A DNA stretch of 64,000 nucleotides from Acidobacteriota bacterium (lineage in GTDB: Bacteria > Acidobacteriota > UBA6911): the NCBI GenBank assembly GCA_963664705.1, contig OY761556.1:4672001-4736000 (forward strand). Direction: 5' to 3'. A program made the translations under genes and the position numbers. The notes under the pieces are model-generated. The model saw only the letters and a program-made list of their open reading frames with translations, did no database searches and had not been told where the DNA came from. This document shows positions 61,790-64,000 of this stretch, piece by piece (within the stretch, counting starts at the first letter, position 1; each line of letters begins with the position of its first letter).

Positions 61790-62998
61790 ATGGATGTATT
61801 TATTGGTCGCCAGCCTATTTTTAATCGAGAGAATGCCATCTTCGGGTATGAGCTTCTTTTCAGGCAGAGCAGTGTCAATCATTTCATCGAAATGGATGAC
61901 GACATCGCCACCGCGGAGCTTATCTATAATTCCTTTCTGGTATTTGGAATTGACAATCTCACTGACGGGGCGATGGCATTCATCAATTTTTCGAAAAACC
62001 TGGTTACCAGCGATTTCATTGAATTGTTGCCGAAAGATCGCATTGTTGTAGAAATCCTCGAGCGCGAGAAAGCCACCGAAGCCACCTTGGAGGCATGCAG
62101 AAAATTCAAGAGCATGGGCTATATTCTGGCTGTGGATGATTTTGTTCTCGACGAGAATAACCAGCCGCTTTTGGATCTGATTGACATTGTCAAAGTCGAA
62201 TTCCCCGCGGTCAGCCTGGAGGATCAGGCGGCCCTGATCAAGAAATACGGAAAGAAGGCCAGGTTTCTGGCGGAAAAAATTGAAACGCGTGAGGAATATG
62301 CGGACGCGGTCAAGCTCGGATATGAGCTTTTTCAAGGCTATTTTTTCTGCAAGCCTGCCGTACTGAATTCGAAGGACATCGGCGTCATCAATACCAACCT
62401 TCTGAGAATCCTCGAGGAGCTGAACCTTGCGGATCCAAGCTACAGAAAGATTTCCGAGATAATCCAGATGGATCTTGGTCTTTCATACAAGCTGCTCCGG
62501 CTGGTCAATTCGGCCTATATTTCGCCGCAATGCGAGATCAAGTCTATCCAGCAGGCTCTCACCTTTTTGGGCACTCGTGAGATTTACCAGTGGATTTCGC
62601 TCATGATGTTGAAGGATTTCCAGAACGCTGCCAACGCAGAATTGGTCAAGCAATCGCTCATCCGCGGGAAGCTGATGTCGCTTCTGTGCAATGATGTGCG
62701 CCGACAGGCAACGACCTTTGAATATTTCTTCGCCGGCATTTTTTCGCTCATGGATGTCCTATTGAACAAGAGCCTTCAGGATGTGCTCAAAGGGCTGCCT
62801 CTGACCGACAACGTTAAACGCGCTCTTCTGGGCGAAGCCAACGAGTTGAGTGCGTTGCTGGATTACATCATCAATTTCGAAAATGGCGCCTGGGATAAAT
62901 TGGATGCGCATCCGCTGGCCAGAACCATCCCCACTGATCGTTTTATGGATTTTTATGTCGACGCTCTGAAGTGGACGAAAAACATCGGCAACTTCTGA
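61790..62998 (+). CDS. EAL-HDOD domain protein (YuxH/PdeH-like c-di-GMP phosphodiesterase family)
   Basis: GRQPI..YELLFR, AVDDF, AEKIET and FQGYFF motifs; HDOD LSYKLLRLVNS. Confidence 0.9.
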   Translation: MDVFIGRQPIFNRENAIFGYELLFRQSSVNHFIEMDDDIATAELIYNSFLVFGIDNLTDGAMAFINFSKNLVTSDFIELLPKDRIVVEILEREKATEATLEACRKFKSMGYILAVDDFVLDENNQPLLDLIDIVKVEFPAVSLEDQAALIKKYGKKARFLAEKIETREEYADAVKLGYELFQGYFFCKPAVLNSKDIGVINTNLLRILEELNLADPSYRKISEIIQMDLGLSYKLLRLVNSAYISPQCEIKSIQQALTFLGTREIYQWISLMMLKDFQNAANAELVKQSLIRGKLMSLLCNDVRRQATTFEYFFAGIFSLMDVLLNKSLQDVLKGLPLTDNVKRALLGEANELSALLDYIINFENGAWDKLDAHPLARTIPTDRFMDFYVDALKWTKNIGNF

Positions 62999-63043
62999 TT
63001 CCCGCATGATGTTCTCGACGGTTGTGGAAACCTTCCTCCAGAT

Positions 63044-63079
63044 GAAAAAAGCCCGGAGAAGCGCAACTTCTCCGGACTT
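63044..63079 (-). terminator. Intrinsic terminator (minus strand, possibly bidirectional)
   Basis: CCGGAGAAG-cgcaa-CTTCTCCGG stem; the A6 run on the plus strand reads as a U-tract on the minus strand. Confidence 0.7.
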
Positions 63080-63125
63080 CGCAATACTGTGCGGCTGCTT
63101 TCAGGCTCTGATTCGAGCGGCTTCT

Positions 63126-63968
63126 CTATTTTGAAACACCCGCTGCTTTCTGCTCCAGTTCCTGCTTCATGTTCATGCATTCGCCCTCGAGCTTTTCGCT
63201 GGTTTTGAGGGCCACCGCGCGCTCCTGTCTGGCGCATCCCACCTCTCGACGGAATTCCGGGAGGTCGTGCAATCTGCCCATGATGTCGGAAACCAGGATT
63301 TCGCCGGCATGGACATCACTGGGAAAATGGACTCCGCAGACAATGCGGCTTTCCCCGTATTCGCGACCGCGTGTCAGGATGGTCTGGGCACGCTCTGGAG
63401 CCACTTCTGCGAGAAGTAATGCAACGGACCAGCCGAATGTCGCATGGCCAGAAGGATAGGAGTTACCGCTCTTGGGAGCGGCTTCCGCCGTCGGCGCGGT
63501 ACTGAAGCCACATACTTTGCTCATTTGCATGCGCTGGTATGGACGCGGCCGGTTATAGAACATCTTGGCGCGGCCCATGACGCCGGAAAGGTTGGCTTCG
63601 ACTTTATCCAGCAGATGAACGAGGATCGGGGTTGAGGCCGGACTGATGGCGCTGCCGTAAGCTTCCGCGAAGCGTTCATAGGAGACCTGGGCATCTGCCT
63701 GCGCCAGTTGCCAGCGCGGAGTTTCGCCCGATTGCTGCCATTGTCGCACTCCTGCCATATCAGCCTCATCCTCCATGGACTGGAGCACGGGGTACGGAGG
63801 AATCAGCGAAAGATATTCTGATGCCTCGATTTTTAAAAACCCGGACGGGGATTGCCCTTGAGCCGCGGCAAAGTGGCAAAGCAACACAAACACCACCGGT
63901 AACATCAGTATGTTTTTCACATTTCGCATCTTTGCGGCAACCGCTATCTTTGACAGAACCCAATTCAT
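63126..63968 (-). CDS. Class A nonspecific acid phosphatase (PAP2 superfamily); exact start uncertain
   Basis: KMFYNRPRP, SYPSGH and SRIVCGVHFPSD motifs; signal peptide. Confidence 0.9.
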   Translation of the reverse strand: MNWVLSKIAVAAKMRNVKNILMLPVVFVLLCHFAAAQGQSPSGFLKIEASEYLSLIPPYPVLQSMEDEADMAGVRQWQQSGETPRWQLAQADAQVSYERFAEAYGSAISPASTPILVHLLDKVEANLSGVMGRAKMFYNRPRPYQRMQMSKVCGFSTAPTAEAAPKSGNSYPSGHATFGWSVALLLAEVAPERAQTILTRGREYGESRIVCGVHFPSDVHAGEILVSDIMGRLHDLPEFRREVGCARQERAVALKTSEKLEGECMNMKQELEQKAAGVSK

Positions 63969-64000
63969 GAATGGACTCCCTTCACCCTCGCGTTTATGCA

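Overview
64-kb bacterial window, moderately GC-rich. The host looks like a facultative or strict anaerobe, possibly Acidobacteriota-like; this is inferred from gene content only. I see about 45 CDS and no rRNA, tRNA, CRISPR array or transposase. The window is dominated by anaerobic energy metabolism. (i) A periplasmic [NiFe]-hydrogenase operon has a Tat-exported small subunit ending in an unexpected CxxCH tail. (ii) An SDR + activase + glycyl-radical-enzyme cluster has an atypical GCVYP active-site loop. (iii) There are four multiheme c-type cytochromes with 10, 5, 5 and 7 CxxCH motifs. (iv) An orphan, divergent xanthine-oxidase-family Mo subunit sits between two of those cytochromes. (v) The main feature is a ~13-kb, tightly coupled minus-strand operon. 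It joins a cytoplasmic FAD/FeS NAD(P)H oxidoreductase, a Rieske/cytochrome b complex and a heptaheme cytochrome c to a periplasmic NXR/pNar-like type II DMSO-reductase (alpha, beta, gamma, chaperone), followed by CBS and HPP (putative nitrite transporter) genes. Three CRP/FNR-type boxes with class II promoter spacing and a shared extended flank precede this operon, the small pentaheme cytochrome and the Mo-hydroxylase. The rest comprises hybrid histidine kinases, a YfiR/CHASE8-kinase/TonB-receptor module, shc, glgP, BCP, an MFS transporter, an EAL-HDOD protein, an acid phosphatase, and a 118-bp promoter duplication around a REP-like element.
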